DNA from: Chara braunii | Lineage: Eukaryota; Plantae; Charophyceae | Length of the DNA stretch: 53,973 nt | Direction of reading: 5' to 3' | Assembly (NCBI GenBank): GCA_003427395.1 | Contig: BFEA01000036.1 | Coordinates: forward strand, 965,187 to 1,019,159 | Part shown: positions 25,845 to 37,867 of the stretch, piece by piece | Numbering within the stretch: position 1 is the first letter of the stretch | Layout: every line of letters starts with the position of its first letter | The notes under the pieces: generated by a model | Databases searched by the model: none | What the model was told of the DNA's origin: nothing | The model's input: only the letters and a program-made list of their open reading frames with translations | Made by a program: the position numbers and the translations under genes

Positions 25845-26545
25845 GGTGCGGCGACAAAGATACGTTGTTGTTACTGAATGCTTAGTGCGACAAAGATCTT
25901 CGTGTGACAGCAGGTACGAGTTCAGATCTTTGTCACACCAAAGAAGATTTGACNNNNNNNNNNNNNNNNNNNNNNNNNNNNNNNNNNNNNNNNNNNNNNN
26001 NNNNNNNNNNNNNNNNNNNNNNNNNNNNNNNNNNNNNNNNNNNNNNNNNNNNNNNNNNNNNNNNNNNNNNNNNNNNNNNNNNNNNNNNNNNNNNNNNNNN
26101 NNNNNNNNNNNNNNNNNNNNNNNNNNNNNNNNNNNNNNNNNNNNNNNNNNNNNNNNNNNNNNNNNNNNNNNNNNNNNNNNNNNNNNNNNNNNNNNNNNNN
26201 NNNNNNNNNNNNNNNNNNNNNNNNNNNNNNNNNNNNNNNNNNNNNNNNNNNNNNNNNNNNNNNNNNNNNNNNNNNNNNNNNNNNNNNNNNNNNNNNNNNN
26301 NNNNNNNNNNNNNNNNNNNNNNNNNNNNNNNNNNNNNNNNNNNNNNNNNNNNNNNNNNNNNNNNNNNNNNNNNNNNNNNNNNNNNNNNNNNNNNNNGCAG
26401 GTACGAGTTCAGATCTTTGTCACACCAAAGAAGATTTGACTGAATGCTTAGTGCGACGAAGATCTTTGTGTGACAGCAGGTACGAGTTCAGCTCTTTGTC
26501 ACACCAAAGAAGATTTGACAAGTCTTTGGTGTGACAAAGACCTTT
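25845..26545. repeat. ~80-bp tandem repeat spanning an N-gap, ending in a hairpin
   Basis: GCAGGTACGAGTTCAGATCTTTGTCACACCAAAGAAGATTTGAC repeated on both sides of the gap. CTTTGTCACACCAAAGA / TCTTTGGTGTGACAAAG inverted at the end. Confidence 0.8.
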
Positions 26546-27074
26546 GCTTCCACCGGGTGCGCATGGCAGGGAGTCGAATCTTTGGTGTGACCCGACTGTT
26601 TTATTGCGGATCATCATAGCGTGGGCCTATCTCCACTACTAACCAAATGTGCACAAAAGACAAAAATTATGGTGGTGTATCGTACTACGTTCTAGCACAA
26701 GATTCGTTCTCATTTTGCACGTTGGGCGAGTAGCAGAGGGAGGCCCCATGTCTGAATGAATCACTCTATATTTATTTCCTTTGGCTTCAGCTATACCTGA
26801 AGGTCTAGCTGTTCGGATAACAAGGAAGAGGAGAAGAGGGAGGAGGATAAAGATCAAGAATCTGTGCACCTATTGGCGTTAACCAATGCAATTAATTGCA
26901 ATTAGTACGCTTGAGGCCTGCCTGTAGTACACACACTGATGAATCTAGATTCTATCATTCTAGAATGTTTTCCTTGCTTTTGGAGTGTATACCATGAAAG
27001 CTGTGCATGTAAATGGAAAGTTCAGATGTATGCTGGTTTGGATGATCCTCTCGTTTGGGCGTGGGACTTTGCAG

Positions 27075-27189
27075 GGAGAACTGTGCAGATAAGATCGACA
27101 AGTTTTTGCAGAGATGTTTCTATCATTCTGGTCAGTACAATTCCGAAGACAGTTTTCGCCAGCTGGATATTAAGCTCAAGGACCAAGAG
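27075..27189 (+). CDS. G6PD: Plastidic G6PDH exon 4
   Basis: RENCADKIDKFLQRCFYHSGQYNSEDSFRQLDIKLKDQE; CAG/GTACC; contains the second regulatory Cys. Confidence 0.96.
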
Positions 27190-27711
27190 GTACCTACGCC
27201 ACACCCCTGCACCAGTATGTATGACCTCCCAGCGTCGGTCCTTTTTATTGGGAGGTTCGGACCGGTTAGGCTGTGGGTGCCTTCTGCATGCTTTGAACTC
27301 TCAACTAATGTTTTTGGCAATTGGCACATGATCGATTCTTCCACTGCATGTGATTTGTTCTTTGCTAAAAAAAGACCCCTTGTTGGCTGTCCAGCTCACT
27401 GAGTTTGACACCGCCATAGGCCCTGATTAGACCACGCACCAGGGTTCTTTTCTGTTTTTCTTTTCTTTTCTTTTTTTCAAGGTTTTTGTAAATACTTGAT
27501 GCAATGTGAGCTGCATGGTCTGCCCAACATGTAATTGCCGCACCGCCACACCCTCGGAGTCATGAAATATGAGACCACACCAAGGTTGTATATAGGGGCC
27601 TTCTGCTGCCTGGCGTCTCACCCTCTTGTGGCTTGGGTGCACCACCCCCTTTCCTTCTATGTCATTTTTCTTCTCCATCTTGTCATCTCCTTCATCTCCT
27701 ACTCCCTCCCT

Positions 27712-28060
27712 TCTTGTCTCTGTCCTCTTCTTTTGCAGCCTGTGTGAATCATGCCCTTGCAGTCTCCTACTCTCGCCCTTCTTGTCTCTGTCTTCTTCTT
27801 TTGAATCCTGTGCGAATCATGCCCTTGCAGTCTCTCACTCTCTCCCCCCCTTCTTGTCTCTGGCCTCTTCTTTTGAGCCCAGTGTGAATCATGCCCTTGC
27901 AGTCTCCCACTCTCTCCCTTCTTGTCTGTCCTCTTCTTTTGCACCCTGTGCCCTGTGTGAATCATACCCTGCAAGGTGCCGCCCGCTCCTCAAGTGTAAT
28001 GGGTGGAGACGATGTACGTCCTCTGCTCGTGGACCCTGTGGGAATCATGCCCTTGTAGGG
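27712..28060. repeat. ~70-bp tandem repeat
   Basis: TGTGAATCATGCCCTTGCAGTCTC repeated about 5 times. Confidence 0.85.
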
Positions 28061-28266
28061 TGCTACTCGTTGCCATTGGCCGAAAGGACAGCTGCGTAAC
28101 ACTCTCGTGCACATATTCGACTTTGCGTAGTGCTAACTGTGCACTGAAGTTCAGGGTACAACTTAGAAAACAGCTTTTGATCGCATATCACCACACCCCC
28201 ACGACGTTGCTGACCTAGTTCTGAAGCTGGTATTCTGAAGAAACTCCGCTTTTGCATTTTGGCGGG

Positions 28267-28301
<35 letters not shown>

Positions 28302-28332
28302 AAGGGGGGAGTTACAAATTGTCCTCTTGCAG

Positions 28333-28538
28333 GCAGGAAGAGTTGCCAGCCGCCTATTTTATCTCTCCATCCCACCAAATCTTTTTGTTGATGTCGCAAG
28401 AAGTGCAAGTAGAGGAGCGTCAGCAACTCAGGGATGGACTCGTGTTATTGTGGAGAAGCCATTTGGCCGCGATGCGGATTCGTCTGCGGAGTTGACGAAT
28501 GGATTAGCGCAGTATTTGTCAGAGGAACAGATTTATAG
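28333..28538 (+). CDS. G6PD: Plastidic G6PDH exon 5
   Basis: [10 protein letters not shown]...[14 protein letters not shown]...LSEEQIY; CAG/GTATGT. Confidence 0.97.
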
Positions 28539-28967
28539 GTATGTTGTGAATGCCAGGAGCCCTTGTCATGTCTGCATCCTTGAGATATGTGTGGTGCATA
28601 AGGCCACTGTGGACGTATCGAAGTCATTGGTTTGTGATAGAGACGATTTTGGGCAAAAGAAACTCCCATGGTGTGACGCACAGGGTGTACAAGGCCTGAG
28701 TAAATTATTCACTGCGGCATGGCGATCTGCTGCAAGCTGTTAAACAGCCGCTCAAACGGCCTGTGCACTGTTCATTTTTCTTGTCTACAAGTACCGGACC
28801 AAAATCTACAGTGCCCAGGCTCACCTGGATGCTGGTGTATGGGAGATGCTGGCAACGGCGGAGGGTCTTGGATTCTGCATGGATGCTGCTGCCTGCGGAG
28901 GGTCTCGTGGATGTCACGTGCTGACGTGTAAGTCCTTGCTGCGATGGTGCTGGGGTCGGCTGAATGC

Positions 28968-29070
28968 CACGGCCGGTATGGGTTCAGTTTTGAACACTGG
29001 GTCACCATCGCAGTGGTGAAGGGATCTGGCTGTTATAGCCGAGGTCACCGGTTCAATTCCGTTTGGCTGC
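28968..29070 (+). repeat. Dispersed repeat with tRNA-like A/B boxes (SINE-like), copy 2
   Basis: GCAGTGGTGAAG...GCCGAGGTCACCGGTTCAATTCC; B-box-like GGTTCAATTCC. Confidence 0.5.
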
Positions 29071-31477
29071 GGAACAATCGTGGGCTACAGTGATATATTG
29101 ACTGACCGACCCGTAGAGGCTCTGTGAGGAAGGGTCCACAACCATTTTTCCTCACAGTCACACTCTGAATTTTAGGCTCGGGGAAACAGGTCCGGATGGC
29201 GTGGTAGTTTAATGATCTAGTGACTTCAAATCGTGATGGTGCAGACACATAGATGTTGATAAGCAGGCCTTGCGTTCAATCCTCATCGATAAAAGATGAC
29301 TTGCCTTGGTGAGATCTACCGGATTTTGCGTGTAGCTCTTTTTCCCGGTTTTGTGTAAAAATAGGCCATGTCTTCGAAATTCAAATCCTGAATGGTCCAA
29401 GAGGCCCTCCCCCATTTCTTTCTATTGCTTCATTTAGTTCTCTGGTGATGAATCTGATGATGGATGGGTTTGGAAGATACCCAGTGGCCTCTAGTCCTTT
29501 TTTCTTTTTTTTAAGAATAAAAGAAAGTTTTTTTTGTTTTATTTTAAATAATAAAAGAACATGTTCTTATGGTCCTGGCTGAGTCCATATCCATTCTGGG
29601 TAGTGTCAGTCCAGTGGCCTCTAGTCCTGAATGTTACACGAACATATCTTTGAATGGACAAGTCGACAAGTCGTGTATTCAAATAAGGATAAAAGAGGGC
29701 TTGCCTCAATGACACCAGGGAGGACTTCGTGTGGAAGTGGTATTTGTTTTTCTCGCCCTTTGTGTGATAAATAGGTCATGATTTCAAATCCTCAAAGACG
29801 CAACAGCCCCTCCCCACCTGTTTCTGCACCTTCTCCGTTCGTGTGCTGCGGCGTGGCCGCGCTGGTCTCCAGTTGTGGTCTTAAACGACCAGTACCCCGG
29901 CCACCGTGGCCCGACTTTGGCGAATTTTTGTTCCCAGCTCCTTCAATGAAAAATAAAATCGAAAAAATATCATGGATGCGGGGTGCATGCCGCTGTATAA
30001 GGAAAAATACTTGGAGAAATCAAAGAGAATAATAACAAAAAAGAAACAGAAGTTTTGCCTGTTAAAAAAAAAGCTCTGGCAGGTGACTTCCAGGCCTGAC
30101 CTCCACAGCAGCTTTTTTTTTTTTTTTTCGCCCCTTTCCTCTTTTTCTGAAACGAACACAACCCTCTGGCAGTCTAGTGGTTGGCAAAATTAAGCACTGG
30201 GAAAATGAGCCCTGGAGGTACTGGCAGTTTGAGGGCATGCTTCCACTACCCCTGCCCTAAATGTATTTGACTGCAATTGCGGCCAGACCTGGATGAATCT
30301 GACACCAATCACGTCCAGAGCCAAGTCGAAAAGGTCTTTATCCGAGTTTGCCCTGAAATGCATACATTCTATGGTTTGCATCTTTGTATGATGAACATAT
30401 AAGCTCACATTGCTGTGCAAATGCTGGGATTTCTGGCGTTCTGACGCGTCCAACTTGTGAGCATAAGCACTCCATCAGTCTCCGTGGTTGTCCCCTAGCA
30501 CTACAAACTGTGAATCAGTCATCCAGTCGCAGTCTGTTATAACCACCCACCCCTTGTACCAAGAGGCCTGCTCTTTTTCGGTTGGTTCCGTGGCTCGTTG
30601 GCCTGACGGTCAGTGTTTTTCTCCTCTGTCTGCTGGGTTGGACCCATTTGCGAGAGGTGGTGGTGGTTTTATCCTTTTGTAATATAATAATATTATATCC
30701 CTGAATTCAAGGGTGTCTTGCACGCATCAGGTGAACAGAACAGAAGCATCGCCTTTTTAATTAGGTTTTATCTTTCTAATTTTCAAGCGTATTTGCACTC
30801 TAGGTTATCCGTTTTGTCGCATCGTGTTGTCCGTGATTGAGAAAAAAAGAAAAGGATTTTTCCGATGGAGTGACACGTCAGATTGTGGATCTGGGAAACT
30901 GAAAGCTGAACTGCTGCTGCTGCTGATGTAGCGTCCTCATGTTTTTTCGCTGAAGCTGTGCTGTAGTCGCTGAATTCAGATGTGGATTGAACGAGTGCGT
31001 CTGAACCGCAAAGAACTATTTAAATCTCTGTGGCGAAAATGTGCACAGCGAAATGAATTCAAACGTGGAACTAGAGCTCACGTATTCAAGATCTTCAGTT
31101 GTGTGTTCCCTGAGGATGTGTCCTTGCGCTATAATGTAGTCCTTGCGCTATATAACATAGTTCTTGTGTTCCTGCGTCTTGATGTTTCTTGTCCCCCTGT
31201 TACGTGCTAAGGGGCCTTGCTGTGAGCTCTATCTTGGTGTTGCATCATTATTATAATACCAATTGGGAGTCATTTTTTGTTTTTTGTTTTCAGTGGAAAT
31301 GTTTGTTTTTCTCTCAGTAGCGATTGGGTTACGCTCTCGTGGCCGTCTGTTGGCTGCTGTTAGGCGGTCAGCGGACAGTCGGGTATATGGTGTAGGTGAA
31401 AGAGAGGACATGATAGAGAACTTGTGCTGGATTGCTGCTGACATTGGATGATTGCTGTGTTTGTGAAATGCATTCAG

Positions 31478-31627
31478 AATCGACCACTACTTGGGGAAGG
31501 AATTGGTGGAGAATCTCTCTGTTTTGCGGTTCTCGAATCTTGTCTTTGAGCCGCTATGGTCGAGGCAGTACATTCGGAATGTGCAGGTCATATTTTCTGA
31601 AGATTTTGGCACGGAGGGAAGAGGAGG
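31478..31627 (+). CDS. G6PD: Plastidic G6PDH exon 6 (not covered in frame by the ORF track)
   Basis: (R)[49 protein letters not shown], containing the G6P-binding RIDHYLGK signature; CAG/GTGAGT. Confidence 0.97.
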
Positions 31628-32423
31628 GTGAGTAAGCGTTCTGTTGGCTGTTGTCTACTTCGGTCACCGAGGAAGTATTTATGTGTCTTTCCCTTGTTTG
31701 TGTCGCAAGGTTCCTTTTTTCTTCTTTTTCCATTTGAATTCCAACTCAGGTCTGTATTTCAACAGTTCATGGGTGTACCAATTGAGCAAGGGCGGTTGGT
31801 ATCACAAGGTCCTATTGATCGCGAGATCACATCGGATTTGTCTCTGTTGCAATAATCTACTTCTCGCTCAGAACTAGCTTTCTGCTGGAGCTGTCTTTTT
31901 TTTCAGATTGGTCCAGAGTTGGTCCCCAGTCCGACTGGAGGGGGGCCCTCCTCGAGCCGGAACCGTTCCGGCCGGACCGACCGGTCGACTGGCCCGGCTC
32001 CTCCCCAGTCGGACGGAGCACATCACAGCTGGGGGGTGGTGTACTGAGGTCCAAATGCCGCAAGGGGTGCTGCAAGGTCTCTAGGAGGCCAGTGGGCAAA
32101 AAAAAAAAAAGGAAACTGGTCTGGTAGGCTTGCCCAAAGGGTTTCAAAAGGGTGGCCGATCTGGATGAGATCGGCGGCCTAGATTGGCCACCCTTTTGAA
32201 AGATTTGTGTGGGATCTGGTGGCGGCCTCTACCCCCACCGTGCGCCAGCCGGTGCCTCCCTCTGCCCCCCATGCTGCCGTCATGTTTGCCAGGACTGCAC
32301 TTTGACATTCGCGCCTCCTGCTGTCACGCCCACCCGAACTCGACACACCAGCCTGCCCGTCCGCTTGCCATCGACTACGCGTCAGCGTCTGCATGCCATC
32401 GCCCGTGCGCCAGGGGTTCTTGT

Positions 32424-32515
<92 letters not shown>

Positions 32516-33109
32516 AGTTCGTGAAACTGTTCCCCGCTTCCCTCCCGCCCTCCACCTCCCGTTTTTTGTTTTCTTTTGTTTTTTCCTTCCCCCCACTAGG
32601 GCATTCCGCCCTCATCTTGCCCATGGCCCATGTACCCCCGTGTTCTTCGCCCATTAGTCCTCCTTTAGTTCTTCTTCTTGTTCTGTGTTGCAGTCTGTAA
32701 CAGGCAGATGGAGAGTGTCTAGCATGCTTGAGGGTAAAGAATTATGTGGTCCCCAGGCCATGTGCGTCTGTCGGCATATTGCTCTGCCCCTTTTGCACAG
32801 CGTACAACTGGGCCGTTATGGCTCACTGGGATGCAGGCAGGTCGCGCTCCACTTCATCAACGCGGCGAGCCTTGTGCGTGAGTGGCGAACAGTAAAGGGG
32901 GAGCTAAAATAAATGATAAAAAAAACGGGTTCCGTGTGCTCTTCATGTCTGTCTTCTGTATATTTATCTGTTGGTGGTTTCACAAAGTGCACTCTTTTAG
33001 CTGATAGATGTTTTAGATATTGAGAATATATTATGTGGGAGGTTCTGATGCTACCTCATTGACTGGACGATACTGGTGTTTGTTTCCATGTGTGTGAGGA
33101 CCGTTGCAG

Positions 33110-33230
33110 TTATTTTGACAATTACGGAATAATCAGGGACATAATGCAGAACCATCTTCTGCAGATGGTGGCGTTGTTCGGCATGGAGGCTCCAGTCACT
33201 CTAGATGCTGAAGATATACGGAATGAGAAG
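33110..33230 (+). CDS. G6PD: Plastidic G6PDH exon 7
   Basis: [40 protein letters not shown] (catalytic His); CAG/GTGAG. Confidence 0.97.
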
Positions 33231-33491
33231 GTGAGCAGGGGGGGAAGGGGGGGGAGGGGGGGAAGGGGGAAAGGGGGGGAGGGGGGGAGACAGCAATGAA
33301 TTCACCTTTCCTTTGTCGGCTCACCTTTTAGCATATTATTTCCCAAGTTTCTTTTGTCAGAAAGATTAGAAAGTGCTTAGAAGTTGGACAGAACTGTTCT
33401 GGTTACTAACGGTCTATCATTTTTGCTGTATTGAGACTCTGAGAGTCGACACTGATAGTTGTGCACCGAATACTGCTGTAATGATGCTGGC

Positions 33492-33492
<1 letters not shown>

Positions 33493-33527
<35 letters not shown>

Positions 33528-33569
33528 GACGATTTCTCGATTTATGTGTGTCATCCTTGCGCAAGGGCC

Positions 33570-33601
<32 letters not shown>

Positions 33602-33623
33602 ACAGATGTCCCGAAGGACAGAC
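33493..33623 (-). pseudogene. U6: Young U6 snRNA retrocopy with A34 tail and ~9-bp TSD
   Basis: Minus strand reads GTCTGTCCTTCGGGACATCTGTTAAAATTGGAACGATACAGAGAAGATTAGCATGGCCCTTGCGCAAGGATGACACACATAAATCGAGAAATCGTCC-A34. GCTGGCGTT at 33486-94 and 33624-32. Confidence 0.95.
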
Positions 33624-33724
33624 GCTGGCGTTCTAGTTGCGTGGAGACGACTGTGCCAGAGCTTCATATGGAGGGATTTACTGAGGCTTGCATCATTATT
33701 ATTATTAGTATATATATATTTTTA

Positions 33725-33773
<49 letters not shown>

Positions 33774-34465
33774 TATTATTATTATTATTGTATGGAGATT
33801 GCATCTGCTTCTTTGTTTCCAAAGAAGGACATGGAGCGCATTCAACTGGATGGATATGGCAGGCACCTGCTGCCGAACGGCACGTACAGATGGAGCAGAA
33901 AACATCTGCTCAGACCTTTGCAGAGACGGAAAACACGTCGTCGCGTCGTTATTTATCTTTTTTTTACTGTCCATGCACACAAATCTGCTCAGACGTTATG
34001 GTGTTGTGTTGCAGACGCCATTGAGCAGGCCGATTTCGTCTCTACCTTATTGAAGCTCTCAAGATTCTGAAGATTCTGAACTATGTTGCAATTTAAGAGT
34101 CTTTCGATCTCGACGTTGTGGCTCAATTTCTGTTTAGAGTTTTCGGCGAATTATTCGTTATGCATCTGGGGATCATGCACTTCATCTGTGATATGTGTTG
34201 GTGCTGCCTGTAGCACGATGGATGCAGAGTCATTGTGCAATGTGCACTCAACAGTCTTGGGATTCAGGAAAATTCCACCACTTTCTCTGTCTGCCATCCC
34301 TCGTCTGAACGATTGCTTTGTTGTTTTGCTGTTAAGGTTAGTGATGTGGAACCATGTATGGTTTGTTATGTGAGCGTGCCTACCGGTGATTGATTGGTAT
34401 CGAGGCAGCATGTTTTTCAAGTGTTGATGGGCCTTTAATGAGTTTTGAATGTCTGATGTGTGAAG

Positions 34466-34695
34466 GTGAAAGTGTTGCGATCAATGCGGAAACTGAAGTT
34501 GGAAGATGTCGTCATCGGTCAGTACAAAAGTCATGTCAAGGGAGGGGTGAAGTACCCAGGATACGGAGATGACCCGACCGTTCCGAAGAACAGCATTACG
34601 CCGACGTTCGCTGCTGCTGCGTTGTTCATCGACAATGCCCGATGGGATGGTGTGCCAATCCTGATGAAAGCAGGAAAGGCATTACACACCAGAAG
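34466..34695 (+). CDS. G6PD: Plastidic G6PDH exon 8
   Basis: VKVLRSM...VVIGQYKSH...[32 protein letters not shown]; AAG/GTATGG. Confidence 0.97.
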
Positions 34696-34712
34696 GTATG
34701 GTGGTGTTTACC

Positions 34713-34804
34713 GAAGGGTGAAGTTTTCCACGAACCTTCCGATGGATATGTGTAACGGGAAGGGTGAAGTTTTCCACGAACCTTCCGATGGATATGTGTA
34801 ACGG
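34713..34804. repeat. ~46-bp tandem duplication just after the exon-8 donor
   Basis: GAAGGGTGAAGTTTTCCACGAACCTTCCGATGGATATGTGTAACGG twice. Confidence 0.9.
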
Positions 34805-35315
34805 TACAATAACCAGTTTCATGGAGCGCCCAGGCCACAAGTCCATGGACCGAGTTGTGGCGTAACCATAAATTTTTATTTATTTATTTATTAAAATGTT
34901 TTTGGCCCGGCCGGGCAAGGGACCTAGGGCCACTCTGGTAGCCTAGATTTGTATGCAATTATATCCACCCTATTACACAAAGTGTACCAGCTGCAGCCCA
35001 CCCTCAGACGGCCATTAGTAACCCTGATGGCCAGTTCACCTGTGACGGACCTCCCTCGGATACCATGAGCCCTCGGATGTGCATGTGGGTGGCCTTCGTT
35101 TGCTCTCATGGCCAATTTTGTCCAGTTTAGAAGGCCGTCACGTACGTTTGTTGCAGGGGGCTGTCCGATTGGAACATAATAACATATGGAATGTTCGATG
35201 CGACTTTCTTTTTTTTTTTTCTGATGTGTTGCGATTTCATTTCATCCTTGCAATCTTTTAGCCATTTGGTGCGTTGGATGAAAATACAAAACATAAATTA
35301 TAATGGTGCTGGTAC

Positions 35316-35809
35316 CTAGGCCGTTTTCCTGGGCGCTTGGGCACCCAAGATGTGCCTGGAAACACGCCCGGGTGACCGACCGGGCATGACCCGGGGGCAG
35401 GGTCCCGGGCAGCCCCAGCACCCAAAAAAAAAANNNNNNNNNNNNNNNNNNNNNNNNNNNNNNNNNNNNNNNNNNNNNNNNNNNNNNNNNNNNNNNNNNN
35501 NNNNNNNNNNNNNGGAACTGAAGATAGAAAAGAAAATAACCGAATCACACCAAGGCACCCCCCTTTAACCCCCTTTAGCCCCTTCAAAAATAATTTATAC
35601 CCCCCTTGCCCCCCCCGTTCAAAGCCAACACTCGAAAAAATAAAAGAGCCCGGCTTTGGGCTCCTCTCCGAGAGCGCGGAAAAGCCCCACTGCCATTTTT
35701 TTTTTTTCTATTTTTTTTTCCCATGCCCAGGTATCGGGCGTCAGACCCCCCCACGCATCATGCCGGGTGACCGGCCGGTCCGGACCAGCCGGTCATGAAA
35801 TCTTCCTAG
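35316..35809. mobile_element. hAT-like MITE (contains an N-gap)
   Basis: 8-bp TSD GCTGGTAC (35308-15, 35810-17); imperfect TIR CTAGGCCGTTTTCCTG / CATGAAATCTTCCTAG. Confidence 0.7.
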
Positions 35810-36496
35810 GCTGGTACTGCATATCCCTGGCTGTCAATGTTTCGTTCTCTGGGCGTTACGATTTGATTTTACATATCCTCTCTTTCAGAGTTTTTCTGAA
35901 ATTCGTTTCGTTTTCCTTTGTCGTGGAGAGGCCAGCACGACTTCCATGCACGACATCTATGCATGCACAAAAGGCATCCCCACAGGCAAACATCCACACG
36001 CACACGAACACACAAGCGTGCATATCCGAACGTGGACTAGGTTAATACCGTGATCAGGAGGGGGCAAGGGGAGAACGAGGGAGAAGGTGTGAGCGTCTCG
36101 TTTCCACTGGATGGCTGGGTCTGTCCCATTTCGAGCAGCTGCACAGCTTGCTCAGGGTCAATGGCAGGAGGTGGCAGAGGAGAGGGAAGTAGAGGAGGGT
36201 GGAGGTGGCACTTCCAGTGGACTCGGAAGAAAGACCATGCAGGATGTGCCACAGGCAACAGAGATTTGGCGCCCGTGTAGCCACGTTCCAAAGCTCCTGT
36301 AGCCACGTCCCCCAGTGTATATTTGGTGGAGATTTAAGTGGCGCCTTTGACAGGTTCATCACCATCAGCATGTTCCCAAACTATGTCAGGCCTCAGAGCC
36401 ACAGAAGATACCAGTTCTCCTTGGCCACAACGTGGAATGCTAACCACTAAGCTGCAAGCTTACCCTTAACCGTGTATTTTTTGGATGCTGGGACAC

Positions 36497-36499
<3 letters not shown>

Positions 36500-36557
<58 letters not shown>

Positions 36558-36963
36558 GGGAAGAGATGGATGGACAAAGTAGATACGGTCTCTCTCTCGG
36601 AGGGAAGGGAAGGAGGGACAGAGGAGATACACTCTCTCTCTCTCAGAGGAAAGACTCTGTGATGGATGGACATACACTCTCTCTCTCTCAGAGGAAAGAC
36701 TCTGTGATGGATGGACAAAGTAGATACGGTCTCTCTCTCGGAGGGAAGGGAAGGAGNATGGATGGACATACACTCTCTCTCTCTCAGAGGAAAGACTCTG
36801 TGATGGATGGACAAAGTAGATACGGTCTCTCTCTCGGAGGGAAGGGAAGGAGCGACAGAGGAGATACACTCTCTCTCTCTCTCTCAGAGGAAAGACTCTC
36901 AGATGGATGGACAAAGTAGATACGGTCTCTCTCTCGGAGGGAAGGGAAGGAGGGACAGAGGAG

Positions 36964-37040
<77 letters not shown>
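36500..37040. repeat. Compound tandem repeat bounded by (GA)n and (CT)n
   Basis: GATGGATGGACAAAGTAGATACGGTCTCTCTCTCGGAGGGAAGGGAAGGAG four times; the flanking GA and CT tracts are mutually complementary. Confidence 0.9.
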
Positions 37041-37043
<3 letters not shown>

Positions 37044-37867
37044 GTATCACATTGTGTCTGTGCAGTCAACCGATACTGAAACTGGATTCCAGTGTCAGTA
37101 TCGGTTCACTGCACGACCGGTCGTTCATAGTACTTCATACACCTTGCTTTTCTTTCCTCTGCTCTTTTCGCATTGCCCCTTATTAACACATATCACCTCA
37201 TGTCTGGTCACTTACAATGAGCGTCGCAACACCCTACAAACTCCTCTGTTCCCTTGTTTTCTTCTCTCACTCCTAGGCGCCAGTACTGCTCATTTATTGG
37301 TTGCATAATCACCTGTACTCCCTCTACTTAAAATGCCAGTGAGCTGCACCGCTCCCCGTCCTGTGAAGTATATAGAGTATTATAGACTCATTAGAGAGTC
37401 ATATAGACAGTGTATGAATGACTGCGACAAGTACAATATTACAAGTTTACAACACACACAGAAAGCGATACGTGTAGTTAATTACAAGTGACCTGGCGAG
37501 TTTGGGGAGCAAAGAGCTTCCTAGCGTCCGCCTGGACCTGCCAATAGAACATGTGTTTGTAAGTTACGAACGGGATGCGGTTAGGCGAGTTTAGGGAGTG
37601 AGCGAAGCGTCGATCCGGCGTCCTAGACGAGGTGACTCTGGCGGTAGATCAGATGCGAATAGCCGGCCCTGGTGAGTGGAGTGAGTGGCAGGATAGAATC
37701 GCACAAGGGAAGTTCACGAACGACAAATATTAAAATACATGCAGAAAGAGGAATGCGTACAATATAAATGAATGGTAAACGACTTCGATGACATTATTAA
37801 ATGTCTATTTCAGTATACGTATGCGTGTTTTTTTGTTCATTTTAATCCTCACATGTGTACTTCATAT

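Noticed and set aside
33527-33623. Functional U6 snRNA gene
   Set aside because: Poly(A) tail and TSD instead of a T-run terminator; no recognisable upstream USE/TATA.
37362-37725. Possible solo LTR (TG...CA)
   Set aside because: No TSD or second copy visible in the window.
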